Origin: Candidatus Dojkabacteria bacterium
Lineage (GTDB): Bacteria > Patescibacteriota > Dojkabacteria > J137
Length of the DNA stretch: 64,000 nt
Direction: 5' to 3'
Assembly (NCBI GenBank): GCA_030950485.1
Contig: JAUZRK010000013.1
Coordinates: 9,893-73,892, forward strand
Of this stretch, positions 30,611-39,955 are shown one piece after another; position 1 is the stretch's first letter, and each line of letters starts with the position of its first letter. The notes beneath the pieces are model-generated. The model was not told the DNA's origin and did not search any database. It saw nothing but the letters and a program-made list of their open reading frames with translations. The translations under genes were made by a program, and so were the position numbers.

Positions 30611-31660
30611 ATGAATTTTTTTAAAGAAATAGATATAAATGGGTTTTCATTAGACCTAGACTACATAGTAATTCCTGCAATAATAATAGTTTCAATATGG
30701 TTTGTATTTTTTATTCTAAAGAATATCGTAGGTCGAAAATTATTCGGCAATAACAACAGATTTTTAAAGTTTGTTGGAACACAGATTGTAGAATTAAATT
30801 TTCTAACGCCCTTAATTACAGGTCTTTATATTTCTACATTAGTTTTTAGTGAAAATAGAAATTTTGTAACTAGATCAGCAAATAGCCTATTTATAATCAT
30901 TTGGATATGGGAATTATTCGATATTGTAATTGCTTCAATTAATTACTTTATTTCTGACGCATCAAGAAAATCTAAAGACCCAACAGATATAATGATGTAT
31001 AGATTTATAGGTAGATTAGTTAAATCATTGTTAATACTTCTAGCATTTCTTTTTATATTATCAAACCTTGGATACAATGTGAGCTCACTTGTAGCCGGTT
31101 TAGGAATTACCGGAATTGCTGTAGCCCTAGCAGTTCAAACTGTTTTAAGTGATTTTATAAGCTCAGCATCAATTATCTTTGATAAGCCTTTTAGGATAGG
31201 AGATATAATTAACTTTGGAGAGTTTACAGGTCAAGTAAAATCAATTGGAATTAAAAGTACTAGGATTCAATCAATAGAAGGAGAGGAGATAATTGTTCCA
31301 AATTCAGAGTTATCAAAAACCTTTGTTAAAAATTATGGAAAAGCTGATAAAAAAAGAGTAAAACACATTATTGGAGTAGAGTATTCAACTGAAAGTACAA
31401 TATTAAAAGAGATTCCTGGCATAATGAATGTTTTATTAGAGAAAAATACAAGAATTGAAAATGCTACATATAGATCTAATCTTATTGAATTTGGTGACTC
31501 TAGTATAAATTTTGAGGTAGTTTTTTACGCTATGACAAATTCGTATGATGAGATGCTTAATATTCAGGAAGAATTTCTTTTTGAGTTAAAAACCCAATTT
31601 GATAAAAAAGGAATAAACTTTGCATTCCCAACTAGCGAGGTAATAGTTACTAATAAGTAA
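30611..31660 (+). CDS. mechanosensitive ion channel, MscS family
   Basis: 3 TM helices then GLGITGIAVALAVQTVLSDFISSASIIFDKPFRIGD...G.V..I....T.I. Confidence 0.8.
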   Translation: MNFFKEIDINGFSLDLDYIVIPAIIIVSIWFVFFILKNIVGRKLFGNNNRFLKFVGTQIVELNFLTPLITGLYISTLVFSENRNFVTRSANSLFIIIWIWELFDIVIASINYFISDASRKSKDPTDIMMYRFIGRLVKSLLILLAFLFILSNLGYNVSSLVAGLGITGIAVALAVQTVLSDFISSASIIFDKPFRIGDIINFGEFTGQVKSIGIKSTRIQSIEGEEIIVPNSELSKTFVKNYGKADKKRVKHIIGVEYSTESTILKEIPGIMNVLLEKNTRIENATYRSNLIEFGDSSINFEVVFYAMTNSYDEMLNIQEEFLFELKTQFDKKGINFAFPTSEVIVTNK

Positions 31661-32500
31661 CTAAATTATAGGTGCAAATTCATGTATAACTTCATTCTTA
31701 TCAAACAAGATAAGTTTTATTTTATCCTCATTTGCTAACTTTATAAAATCACTATAAAGATTTTTTTTATGAAGTTTCAGAGCAGAGTAGTAAAGCTCTA
31801 TGATATTGTTACCTCTTAAAATTAAATGTTCCAAATCAATAATATAATCTTTACTTGCAAATTTCATAGGTATTTCTTTCTTATCATTATATTGAGGAAC
31901 TATCCTTAGAAGTACTTGATTACTAGCTGAACTTTTAAAGTTCTTAGTTTTCGTTAATTTAAAATTTACCGCATAAGGTTTTGTACCAATTGCTATAACT
32001 ATATCATCACTTGAAATCTTAAACTCTTGAATATTATTACTAATTAATAGTTTTCTAATTAATTCAATAATAAAAGCATTCTTTAAAACTGATGTATCTA
32101 ATCTAATATCCGATTTTTTTACAACAAGGTTAGCTTTTATATTTATAAGCTGATTCATATCTTTACCAATTCTATTGAAGAGCACTGTTCGTATTTGGCT
32201 ATTGTATGCTTGAAAGTTTAAATTTAATTTTAGAAATGAAATAAATTCAGCGTTTAGCCTTATTACACTCTCAGTAGGAGCTCTATTAAACCTATAAGCA
32301 GGACTATCAATAATAGTATGGTTTAGCTCTTCAGAAAGAGAGTCTATGATCACTTCTATTTTATAGATCAAGTGCTCACTTAGCTGTGTATTAGTAGCTA
32401 TTAGTAATGGCTTACTTGTAAAATCAAAATCATAAATATGCATAAATGATTCTACATTAAATTCTATTCTATATAAAAACTTTACAAACATCTCTAACAC
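31661..32500 (-). CDS. hypothetical protein
   Basis: 279-aa ORF. Confidence 0.4.
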   Translation of the reverse strand: MLEMFVKFLYRIEFNVESFMHIYDFDFTSKPLLIATNTQLSEHLIYKIEVIIDSLSEELNHTIIDSPAYRFNRAPTESVIRLNAEFISFLKLNLNFQAYNSQIRTVLFNRIGKDMNQLINIKANLVVKKSDIRLDTSVLKNAFIIELIRKLLISNNIQEFKISSDDIVIAIGTKPYAVNFKLTKTKNFKSSASNQVLLRIVPQYNDKKEIPMKFASKDYIIDLEHLILRGNNIIELYYSALKLHKKNLYSDFIKLANEDKIKLILFDKNEVIHEFAPII

Positions 32501-32515
32501 AATTAGACTATAAAT

Positions 32516-33088
32516 ATGGCTGAGAAAAATTACATTTTTAATCTATTAAAACCGATCGAACAACCTCTAACCTCTTGGGATAGAGTATACGAATGGCTTA
32601 TAGGTAGAGCAAAAATCATTATTATGGTTACTCAAGCAGTTATAGCAATTACATTTTTTGCAAAAGTAGCCTTAGATACTATTGCCAAAAGTAAAGATGA
32701 TCAGATTGAAGAATTAAATAATCAAATTATACTTTACACTACAGAAAGAGAGCCAAGATATAGACTAATTCAGAATAAAGAAGTCAATTATAGAAATATG
32801 TGGAGTAGCTCTAGAAAAGTAGCTCCTGTTTTGAGAGAACTTTACTCATATATACCTAATATAGGTACTGATGTAGTCATCTCTATAATTGGAAATATAG
32901 TTTCTATTAGTACTGATGATTCAAGAGCAAATCTAGATAGTTTAGAGACAGCTATAAAGTCCTCAGCGACATTTAGCAGTGCGGGAGCAAGTGTTTCTAT
33001 AGAAGGTGAAGATATTATAAATGGAACCGGTAAAGGAGCATTTAATGCGATTATAGATGAGGCAGTATTACTTAGAGGTAAATTTTAA
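32516..33088 (+). CDS. PilN-like single-TM coiled-coil protein (tentative)
   Basis: Short cytoplasmic N-term, one TM, coiled coil; tight operon with next two genes. Confidence 0.3.
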   Translation: MAEKNYIFNLLKPIEQPLTSWDRVYEWLIGRAKIIIMVTQAVIAITFFAKVALDTIAKSKDDQIEELNNQIILYTTEREPRYRLIQNKEVNYRNMWSSSRKVAPVLRELYSYIPNIGTDVVISIIGNIVSISTDDSRANLDSLETAIKSSATFSSAGASVSIEGEDIINGTGKGAFNAIIDEAVLLRGKF

Positions 33089-33090
33089 TA

Positions 33091-33738
33091 ATGGCAACTA
33101 TATTTGAATCAAGTATTACAAAAAGATTAGATCAGTACTTAGCTAATAGTCAGAAGAAAAGCTATTTTGTAGCTGCTGTAACGTTAGTTTTTACTCTAGT
33201 GATATTTCTATTTGGAATTAGGCCTGCCATTACAGCCTCAATAAGGCAGTACAATGATAATAAAGAGAGGACAGATGTAATTGTACAACTTGAGAGTAAA
33301 CTAGATAGTTTAAAGTCCTTAACTGAGCAGGAAAGTTTAAATGCGGATGTAATTGATTATTTTAGATTTCTATTGCCTTCTAAAGACAGAGGAGATTACA
33401 TATTTGATGAGTTAACTACGTATTTAAATAGTAATAATATAGAAATTTCATCAATACAATGGGTACGAAATGATGATCAATTCGAACAATTATCTGGATT
33501 TTTACTTGACCCACCTGTTGTCTCGAGATTAGTAAATATTCAAGGAAGTACAGAAATAGGCGATCTAGTTAGTTTTTTAAATATAATAGAAGAGTCTAGA
33601 AGAATTTATAATGTTAGAAGCCTTCAGATCTTTCCAGTTAATTCAGAAACATTAGATTTATTCTCAGATTTAAAACCGTTTACATTTAATTTAGAAGTTC
33701 AATATTTTTATTGGAACGATGAAATAGTTATTAAATAA
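33091..33738 (+). CDS. PilO-like single-TM coiled-coil protein (tentative)
   Basis: N-term TM then coiled coil; 3-nt gap to previous gene. Confidence 0.3.
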   Translation: MATIFESSITKRLDQYLANSQKKSYFVAAVTLVFTLVIFLFGIRPAITASIRQYNDNKERTDVIVQLESKLDSLKSLTEQESLNADVIDYFRFLLPSKDRGDYIFDELTTYLNSNNIEISSIQWVRNDDQFEQLSGFLLDPPVVSRLVNIQGSTEIGDLVSFLNIIEESRRIYNVRSLQIFPVNSETLDLFSDLKPFTFNLEVQYFYWNDEIVIK

Positions 33739-33744
33739 ACTTTT

Positions 33745-33972
33745 ATGTCAAATTTAGATAGATCTTGGATATTATTAATAGCATTTGGAATATTCTTCTT
33801 CATCTTTACAGTGGGTTGGGATATATACCAATCGGTTAGTGGTAGTAATAGCGAGTTTTCTCTTCCAGTTGTCAAAATTAATGACGATACTCTAGTAACA
33901 GATCAACTTATTGAGCACTTTCAAAATGGTGCTGATTATAGAACTTACGAACCATCCTTAATCGAGGAATAA
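33745..33972 (+). CDS. small membrane protein
   Basis: 75 aa, one TM helix. Confidence 0.3.
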   Translation: MSNLDRSWILLIAFGIFFFIFTVGWDIYQSVSGSNSEFSLPVVKINDDTLVTDQLIEHFQNGADYRTYEPSLIEE

Positions 33973-33997
33973 AAAGTTATTAAATTGCACATTGAAA

Positions 33998-34969
33998 CTA
34001 AGCTTCAACTACTTCAATATTATGTTTATGCAAAACATCTGCGAGAAAATTTGGAATTGTTATATATGTATATTGAGTAAAGAAAATACATTTTCCTGGG
34101 GAGATTGAGCTTGCAATAGTTGAAGTGCCTATTTCAACTGGAGCATAAATTGAATTAGAATCGGCCTTGTCGATATGATTTCTCCATGCATCTGAAGGAA
34201 TACTTAGTGCAGAAGAATAGCCAGATCTTAGCTCAGATTCTAAGCTCTCTTTTAAAATTGAATACCTAGGATGCTTATCATGAATATTAATTTCTGTAAG
34301 AATCGTTTTTGCTTCTTGCTCAAAATTACTCGCTCCTCTTTGATCTAAAATTTGTATTCTAACTGTAGAAAGGGCTTTTGATCTTAATAATCTATAATTA
34401 TTTCTAGCTTCTTTGATTATATGTGTCTCTTTTTCATCAAGAGTTCTGATGCAATCTATAATTGAGGCATCTTCTCCAGCTAAAAACTTAATATACCCTC
34501 CTAAAAGAAAAGTACCTCTATCTAATTCCCTTGATGGAAGGCTATTTATAATTTGATTAAAAGGTAATTGTTTTTGATTATCAATATGCCATATTAAACT
34601 TGGATTTATATCAAGTAAAAAATGGATAATTTCAACTTGTTTTTGAGTCATTGATTCAGGGAGTTCTATCTTTTTAGGGATAAATGTACTATAAGTTCCT
34701 CTACTTACTTTTTTTTCTACTGTATTATTTCTATTAAGTAAATTCAAAAGTTGTCCTAGGCAACCTGGTGTTAAAGTCTCTGTTTGCCTAACCTTGTATA
34801 CTAAAGAAAAGGTTAGCCCATTCCATTCTATTGAGGGTAAAGCCGAAATTACTCCTTTAACCCCAGACAACTCTTCAGCTGAAGTAATTACTTTCGCTTC
34901 AACATCATTTTCTGGAGAGGTTTCTGTTGTATTGTGAAATGGACAATCAGGCATAACCAGACAATGCAA
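33998..34969 (-). CDS. hypothetical protein
   Basis: 323-aa ORF. Confidence 0.45.
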   Translation of the reverse strand: MHCLVMPDCPFHNTTETSPENDVEAKVITSAEELSGVKGVISALPSIEWNGLTFSLVYKVRQTETLTPGCLGQLLNLLNRNNTVEKKVSRGTYSTFIPKKIELPESMTQKQVEIIHFLLDINPSLIWHIDNQKQLPFNQIINSLPSRELDRGTFLLGGYIKFLAGEDASIIDCIRTLDEKETHIIKEARNNYRLLRSKALSTVRIQILDQRGASNFEQEAKTILTEINIHDKHPRYSILKESLESELRSGYSSALSIPSDAWRNHIDKADSNSIYAPVEIGTSTIASSISPGKCIFFTQYTYITIPNFLADVLHKHNIEVVEA

Positions 34970-35037
34970 TAATAAAAAGCATTATAGCATTGTTATATAG
35001 TCTGGAGTAGCGGTTTATATAACCTTATTGTAAATTG

Positions 35038-37317
35038 TTACGCTCCTGCTCTTAGTTGAGCAATGAATTGGTCAGCATCGCTAATTAGTACTTCTCTAGG
35101 TCTTGGGCCGTTTGCTGGACCTACCACACCTGCCTCTTCAAGCTCTTCTAGTAGTCTAGCAGCTCTGTTAAAACCTATGTTTAATCTTCTTTGTAGATAT
35201 GATGAAGAACCTTTTCCAGATTGAATAACAATTCTAATTGCTTGTTCAACTAGACTATCATCAGAAATATCACCTAATGCTTCTGCCGTTGCTTCTTCAG
35301 AACTCATAGCCTTCTCTAGAATTTCTGAGATATACTCAACTTCTGGAGCTTGGTTTCTAATAAAGTCAGTTACTCTTATTACTTCTTTTTGATCAACGAA
35401 TGCTCCTTGAAGTCTAGACGCTTTAGTTTTATCTGGCGCTTTGTATAGTAAATCTCCTGATCCCATTAAACTCTCAGCTCCTATTCTGTCTAAGATTACT
35501 CTTGAGTCTGTACTACTTGTTACACTCATACCAATTCTACCTGGAATGTTTGCTTTAATGATTCCTGTAATTACATTTACAGAAGGTCTCTGCGTAGCAA
35601 GAATTAAGTGAATTCCTACAGCTCTAGCTTTCTGCGCTAATCTTACAATTGCAGTCTCTGACTCAACCTTATTAGCTGTCATCATCATGTCTGCCATCTC
35701 ATCAATTACTATTACTATATATGGCATAGCTGCAAACCCTTTTTTATCATTGTAACCTTCAATATTTCTAACCTGATCTTTTGCAAGAGTTGTATATCGT
35801 CTTTCCATTTCACCTACTGCCCACTTTAGTGCATTTACTACTTTATCCATGTCTGTAATTACTGGGGTAAGTAAGTGAGGGATTCCATTGTAATCCATTA
35901 ATTCTACTTGTTTTGGATCTACCAAGATTAATTTAAGTTCATCTGGTGATTTCCTCATAATTAATGAGGTTATAAAACTATTTGTTAAAACAGATTTTCC
36001 AGAACCTGTAGCTCCTGCAATAAGTAAGTGGGGCATTTTTTCAATTCTACCTATTTGCGCTTCTCCGTTAATATCTTTACCAATAGTTACTTTAAGATCA
36101 TCTTTGCTTGTTTCCATCTCTGTAGATGTAAACAGTTCTTTAAATCTAACCATATCTCTTTGACTTCTAGGAACTTCTATACCAAGATAGGTAGTTTCTG
36201 GAATTGAATCTATTCTAACTGCTTTTGAATCTACTCCAAGTGCTAGTGCTAAATTGTCAGAAAGATTACTTATCTTTTTTACATTTACCCCTAAAGGAAT
36301 ATTTAAAGCATACTGAATTACTGAAGGACCAATATAAGCATCTTCAACTTTGGCTTCAATATTAAAACTTTGAAGAATCTGTTCAATAATATTAGCATTC
36401 TGTTTAATTGTAGTATCTTTAGGTTTAGTTCTTTTAAATGGAACTAATAAACTAGCTGGTGGTAATTTCCAGTTAGGAAACTTTAATGCATCTTGCTGAA
36501 GACCATCTTCACCAATAGAACCTTCTTTAATATCTACATTTAATTCATCCAAAGACTTCACTTTTTTTACGGGAGCTGGTTTTGAAGCCTCTGCTAACTC
36601 TAATTGTCTATTATGATTACTAGTAGATTTATCTTCTTTATCAAGTTTCTTATCTTCTTTTTTATCTTTTCTACTTATTAATTTATTGAAGTCACCAAAT
36701 CTTGAGGCTTTAGAAATATCTTCTTGTTGCATTGTATCTGAGACTTTCTCTTCACTGTCTTTAGGTATGAATATAACAGACCATGTAAACTTTTTTATCC
36801 ACTGTAAGAATTTTCCAATTTCTTCTACTAATCTATCAGCTGAAATTCCTGTTGCTAATAAACCAAATATAATTGAAAATAATATTAATAAAACCTTCGT
36901 TAAAGGTTCCGTTGGAATAGTATCTCCAAGTAGATCTGTAACAATATAATAACCAATTTTTCCACCCCCAGTTTGTGATCCTTCTAATTTTATAAGTGCT
37001 TGAGGTTCAGCAGTTAAAGAAGTTAATAATCCAGAAACACTTAAAAGAGTTAAGAAACTAAATACAAGATTTCTAGTACTAGTAAATTTCATTTTAAGTC
37101 CTATAAATTTAAGACCTAATATTATTAAGAAAATAGCAGTTAATAGAGTAGCATCATTAAAAAGTTCTTTTGAATTAGACAACAGATTGTTTTCGCTTTC
37201 TGATGTAGTAAAGAAAGCAAGAAACAGGAATCCTCCGATAATAAAGCTTATAAGCCCGAATACCGTAGTAGTTTCCTTACTATCATATGTTACTTTTTTC
37301 TTCTTTTTTCTTCCCAC
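35038..37317 (-). CDS. ftsK: DNA translocase FtsK/SpoIIIE
   Basis: N-terminal TM domain, Walker A GATGSGKS, Walker B LILVDP/IVIVIDE, gamma winged-helix SYLQRRLNIGFNRAARL. Confidence 0.9.
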   Translation of the reverse strand: MGRKKKKKVTYDSKETTTVFGLISFIIGGFLFLAFFTTSESENNLLSNSKELFNDATLLTAIFLIILGLKFIGLKMKFTSTRNLVFSFLTLLSVSGLLTSLTAEPQALIKLEGSQTGGGKIGYYIVTDLLGDTIPTEPLTKVLLILFSIIFGLLATGISADRLVEEIGKFLQWIKKFTWSVIFIPKDSEEKVSDTMQQEDISKASRFGDFNKLISRKDKKEDKKLDKEDKSTSNHNRQLELAEASKPAPVKKVKSLDELNVDIKEGSIGEDGLQQDALKFPNWKLPPASLLVPFKRTKPKDTTIKQNANIIEQILQSFNIEAKVEDAYIGPSVIQYALNIPLGVNVKKISNLSDNLALALGVDSKAVRIDSIPETTYLGIEVPRSQRDMVRFKELFTSTEMETSKDDLKVTIGKDINGEAQIGRIEKMPHLLIAGATGSGKSVLTNSFITSLIMRKSPDELKLILVDPKQVELMDYNGIPHLLTPVITDMDKVVNALKWAVGEMERRYTTLAKDQVRNIEGYNDKKGFAAMPYIVIVIDEMADMMMTANKVESETAIVRLAQKARAVGIHLILATQRPSVNVITGIIKANIPGRIGMSVTSSTDSRVILDRIGAESLMGSGDLLYKAPDKTKASRLQGAFVDQKEVIRVTDFIRNQAPEVEYISEILEKAMSSEEATAEALGDISDDSLVEQAIRIVIQSGKGSSSYLQRRLNIGFNRAARLLEELEEAGVVGPANGPRPREVLISDADQFIAQLRAGA

Positions 37318-37479
37318 TAAATGATTTTTATGTAATTTATTTCTGATTCATTTTAAAGTATTACGTACTGCAATGTAAAATGCAAAAGTAAAAAAGCAAA
37401 ATTAAAATGTAAAAATTACAAAGTTAAAAGTATAACTCAAAGAGAAAGGCAGGGGTAACTTGTAGTAATTAATAGTAAC

Positions 37480-37896
37480 TCATAGTGAATTTATCTTCTT
37501 GATAAGTCTGTTTTTAGTTAGCCCTAGAGTAAATGTGAGAATGGATATAAATATGATTATTAAATTATCAATTTTTGTTGAGTAGAGATACTTTGGAATT
37601 ATGCCAAACAGTTCGTATAGAATAATACTGTATTCATCTAGTAGAGTAGCAGCACAAAATGCGAGGAAGTTAGTAGAAAGGGTTTTGTTGAACTTGAATA
37701 AAACTATTGCAACAAAGCCTAGCATTAATCCATAGTGGTAATGATGAAGAGAATCATTTATCATTGTGTTTGTAAATTCAGTATTTGAGAATACCTTCAT
37801 TAAGAATAAAGTAAAGGCTCTAACAATAAGAATATAAAATGAGATTAATATAAGAGTATTTTGATTAAATATTAACTTTATTTTTTGAATTACCAT
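37480..37896 (-). CDS. hypothetical membrane protein
   Basis: 138 aa, 4 TM. Confidence 0.4.
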   Translation of the reverse strand: MVIQKIKLIFNQNTLILISFYILIVRAFTLFLMKVFSNTEFTNTMINDSLHHYHYGLMLGFVAIVLFKFNKTLSTNFLAFCAATLLDEYSIILYELFGIIPKYLYSTKIDNLIIIFISILTFTLGLTKNRLIKKINSL

Positions 37897-37932
37897 TTTA
37901 CGTTATACTTGTAACTAGTAAATTATAAGACT

Positions 37933-39261
37933 ATGAAACAACTTTCTAGTGACACAAAGTTTGCACATTTAGGGAAACCTGGTACTGCATTTACATCTGG
38001 ATTTCAACGAAGACTAGATCAGATCTTGAAACTAGTTAATCTTGATAATAAAAGTATTCTTGATCAAGGATGTGGAGAAGGAGTATGGTTAGAAAAGTTC
38101 AGTGAATATACAGATTGGGATAAGATTTATGGTTTTGATATTGATCCTGAAAGTGTTGAGTTATTAAAAAAACAGAATCCTAATTTAAAGTCTGAGAACA
38201 TAAAAGTGTGTCCTGGAGAAGAATTAGAATTTGATGATGAGACATTTGATATAGTTTTATCAAATGAAGTATTAGAACATGTAGTAGATGATAAAAAAGT
38301 TGTAGCTGAAACACTAAGAGTTCTAAAACCTGGAGGGAAGTTTATTATTTTTACTCCAAATAGAGGATGGCCTTTTGAAACTCACGGAGCATTCTTTAGG
38401 GGTAAATATTATTGGGGAAACATTCCTTTTTTACCTTGGATGCCAAAGGTTGTTAGAAAGAAATTTAGTCTTCATGTAAGAAATTATGGACATTTTGAAA
38501 TAAAGAAAGTGGTAACAGCAAATGCGCAAGAGGAAAGTGAAACAGAAAAAGTATTAATAATTCCTGGTTTTAATGGTCAGATCAAAGATAATTGGAAGGA
38601 ATGGGCTTTTAATGAGTTAAGGGGAGTAGATGTTGAGTTATTAGATCTTCCGGAATCAAATACAAACCTAAGTAATTCATTAAATTATATTGAAAGCAAA
38701 TATAGCGATGTATTAAATAGTAAAGGTAGAGTAAGCATAATTTCGCATTCTGCAGGAGCAGGTATTGCCCTTAAATTATCAGAAAAGTATGATTTAAATA
38801 AATTGATTTTAGTAGCTCCAGTTGTTAATGCTACTAAAGATAATTCATTAGAATTACAAAATTATTATTCTCAACTTGGTTCTTACGATCTTTTTAAACT
38901 TAAAGAAAATATAAATAAGGTTACTGTATTATTTGATGCAGAGGATAGTGTGTCTGGCAAAGACAGAACTAGTTACATGATAGAACTATTAAAAGGAGCC
39001 AAATTCATAGAATTAAAAGGAAAAGGACACTTTACTCATCATGAAAATGTATCAACTTTACCTGAACTTTTGACTATGTTTAAACCTGTCAGCAAGTTCA
39101 AAATAATACATCATTCTCACGTATTTCCTGGGTTCGACAAGCTTGCGAGAAAGTACGGATTGTTTGGAAAAATGATTCAGAAATTTTTTCATCTTATAGA
39201 AAAAACTCCATTAAATTTCTTTGGAATCAGTCATTTTATAGTTGCTGAAAAGGTATATTAG
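37933..39261 (+). CDS. fusion protein: class I SAM-dependent methyltransferase + alpha/beta (YdeN/RBBP9-like) serine hydrolase
   Basis: N-half ILDQGCGEG...VLKPGGKFIIFTPN; C-half IIPGFNG...ISHSAGAG nucleophile elbow. Confidence 0.6.
   Translation: MKQLSSDTKFAHLGKPGTAFTSGFQRRLDQILKLVNLDNKSILDQGCGEGVWLEKFSEYTDWDKIYGFDIDPESVELLKKQNPNLKSENIKVCPGEELEFDDETFDIVLSNEVLEHVVDDKKVVAETLRVLKPGGKFIIFTPNRGWPFETHGAFFRGKYYWGNIPFLPWMPKVVRKKFSLHVRNYGHFEIKKVVTANAQEESETEKVLIIPGFNGQIKDNWKEWAFNELRGVDVELLDLPESNTNLSNSLNYIESKYSDVLNSKGRVSIISHSAGAGIALKLSEKYDLNKLILVAPVVNATKDNSLELQNYYSQLGSYDLFKLKENINKVTVLFDAEDSVSGKDRTSYMIELLKGAKFIELKGKGHFTHHENVSTLPELLTMFKPVSKFKIIHHSHVFPGFDKLARKYGLFGKMIQKFFHLIEKTPLNFFGISHFIVAEKVY
39166..39261. 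repeat. left copy of ~100-bp direct repeat (3' end of methyltransferase-hydrolase gene)
   Basis: ~85% identical to 41889..41992. Confidence 0.7.
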
Positions 39262-39360
39262 TAATACGTAAAACTAATAGCATATAGAATAGGGTTATCT
39301 TGTGAGTAATCTTTTTTAAACAAAGGTTGATATAGAAATTCTACAATGTAATAATCAAGT

Positions 39361-39936
39361 ATGAACCGTGAAGAAGAAATGGTGATTGTCTTAAATGCTC
39401 AGACTAACATTCATGCATTTGATAAGCTCTATCAATACTATGTGACTAGAATTTACTCATACATTTTCTACAGGACTTCAAATAAGGAGGTGGCAGAGGA
39501 TATAACATCTGCGGTCTTTCTTCAGGCTTGTCAAAAAATTCAAATGTTTGATATTAGTAAAGGATTTAGATTCAGTGCTTGGCTATATCAGGTCGCACAC
39601 AACAAAATGATAGATTATTTTCGGAGAAATAAAAAATTTAAAGTAAATGTTACAAATTTCGATGAAGAAAAGTTGGGGAGCGAGAAAAATACAGGTGAGC
39701 AGGAAGTTGAATTATCATATAAACAGAAGCAAATAGCTGATGTGCTTTTAGGTATAAATGAGAGATATCAACATATAATAAGTTTGAAATTCTTTTGAGA
39801 GCTAGATATTCCCGAGATAGGAGAAGTTTTAGAGGAGACGAATGCAAATATATCTGTACTTTTACATAGATCACTAAAGGCTTTTAGGAAAGAATTCATA
39901 AAGAAATATCCTAAAAGTGAAATATTTGGAATTTAA
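39361..39936 (+). pseudogene. ECF-type sigma-70 factor interrupted by in-frame TGA at 39796..39798 (before region 4 HTH)
   Basis: Region 2 FSAWLYQVAHNKMIDYFRR; after TGA the same frame continues ELDIPEIGEVLEETNANISVLLHRSLKAF, colinear with sigma-4 of paralog 61254..61823. Confidence 0.55.
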
Positions 39937-39955
39937 TTACGTAAAATTAATTACT

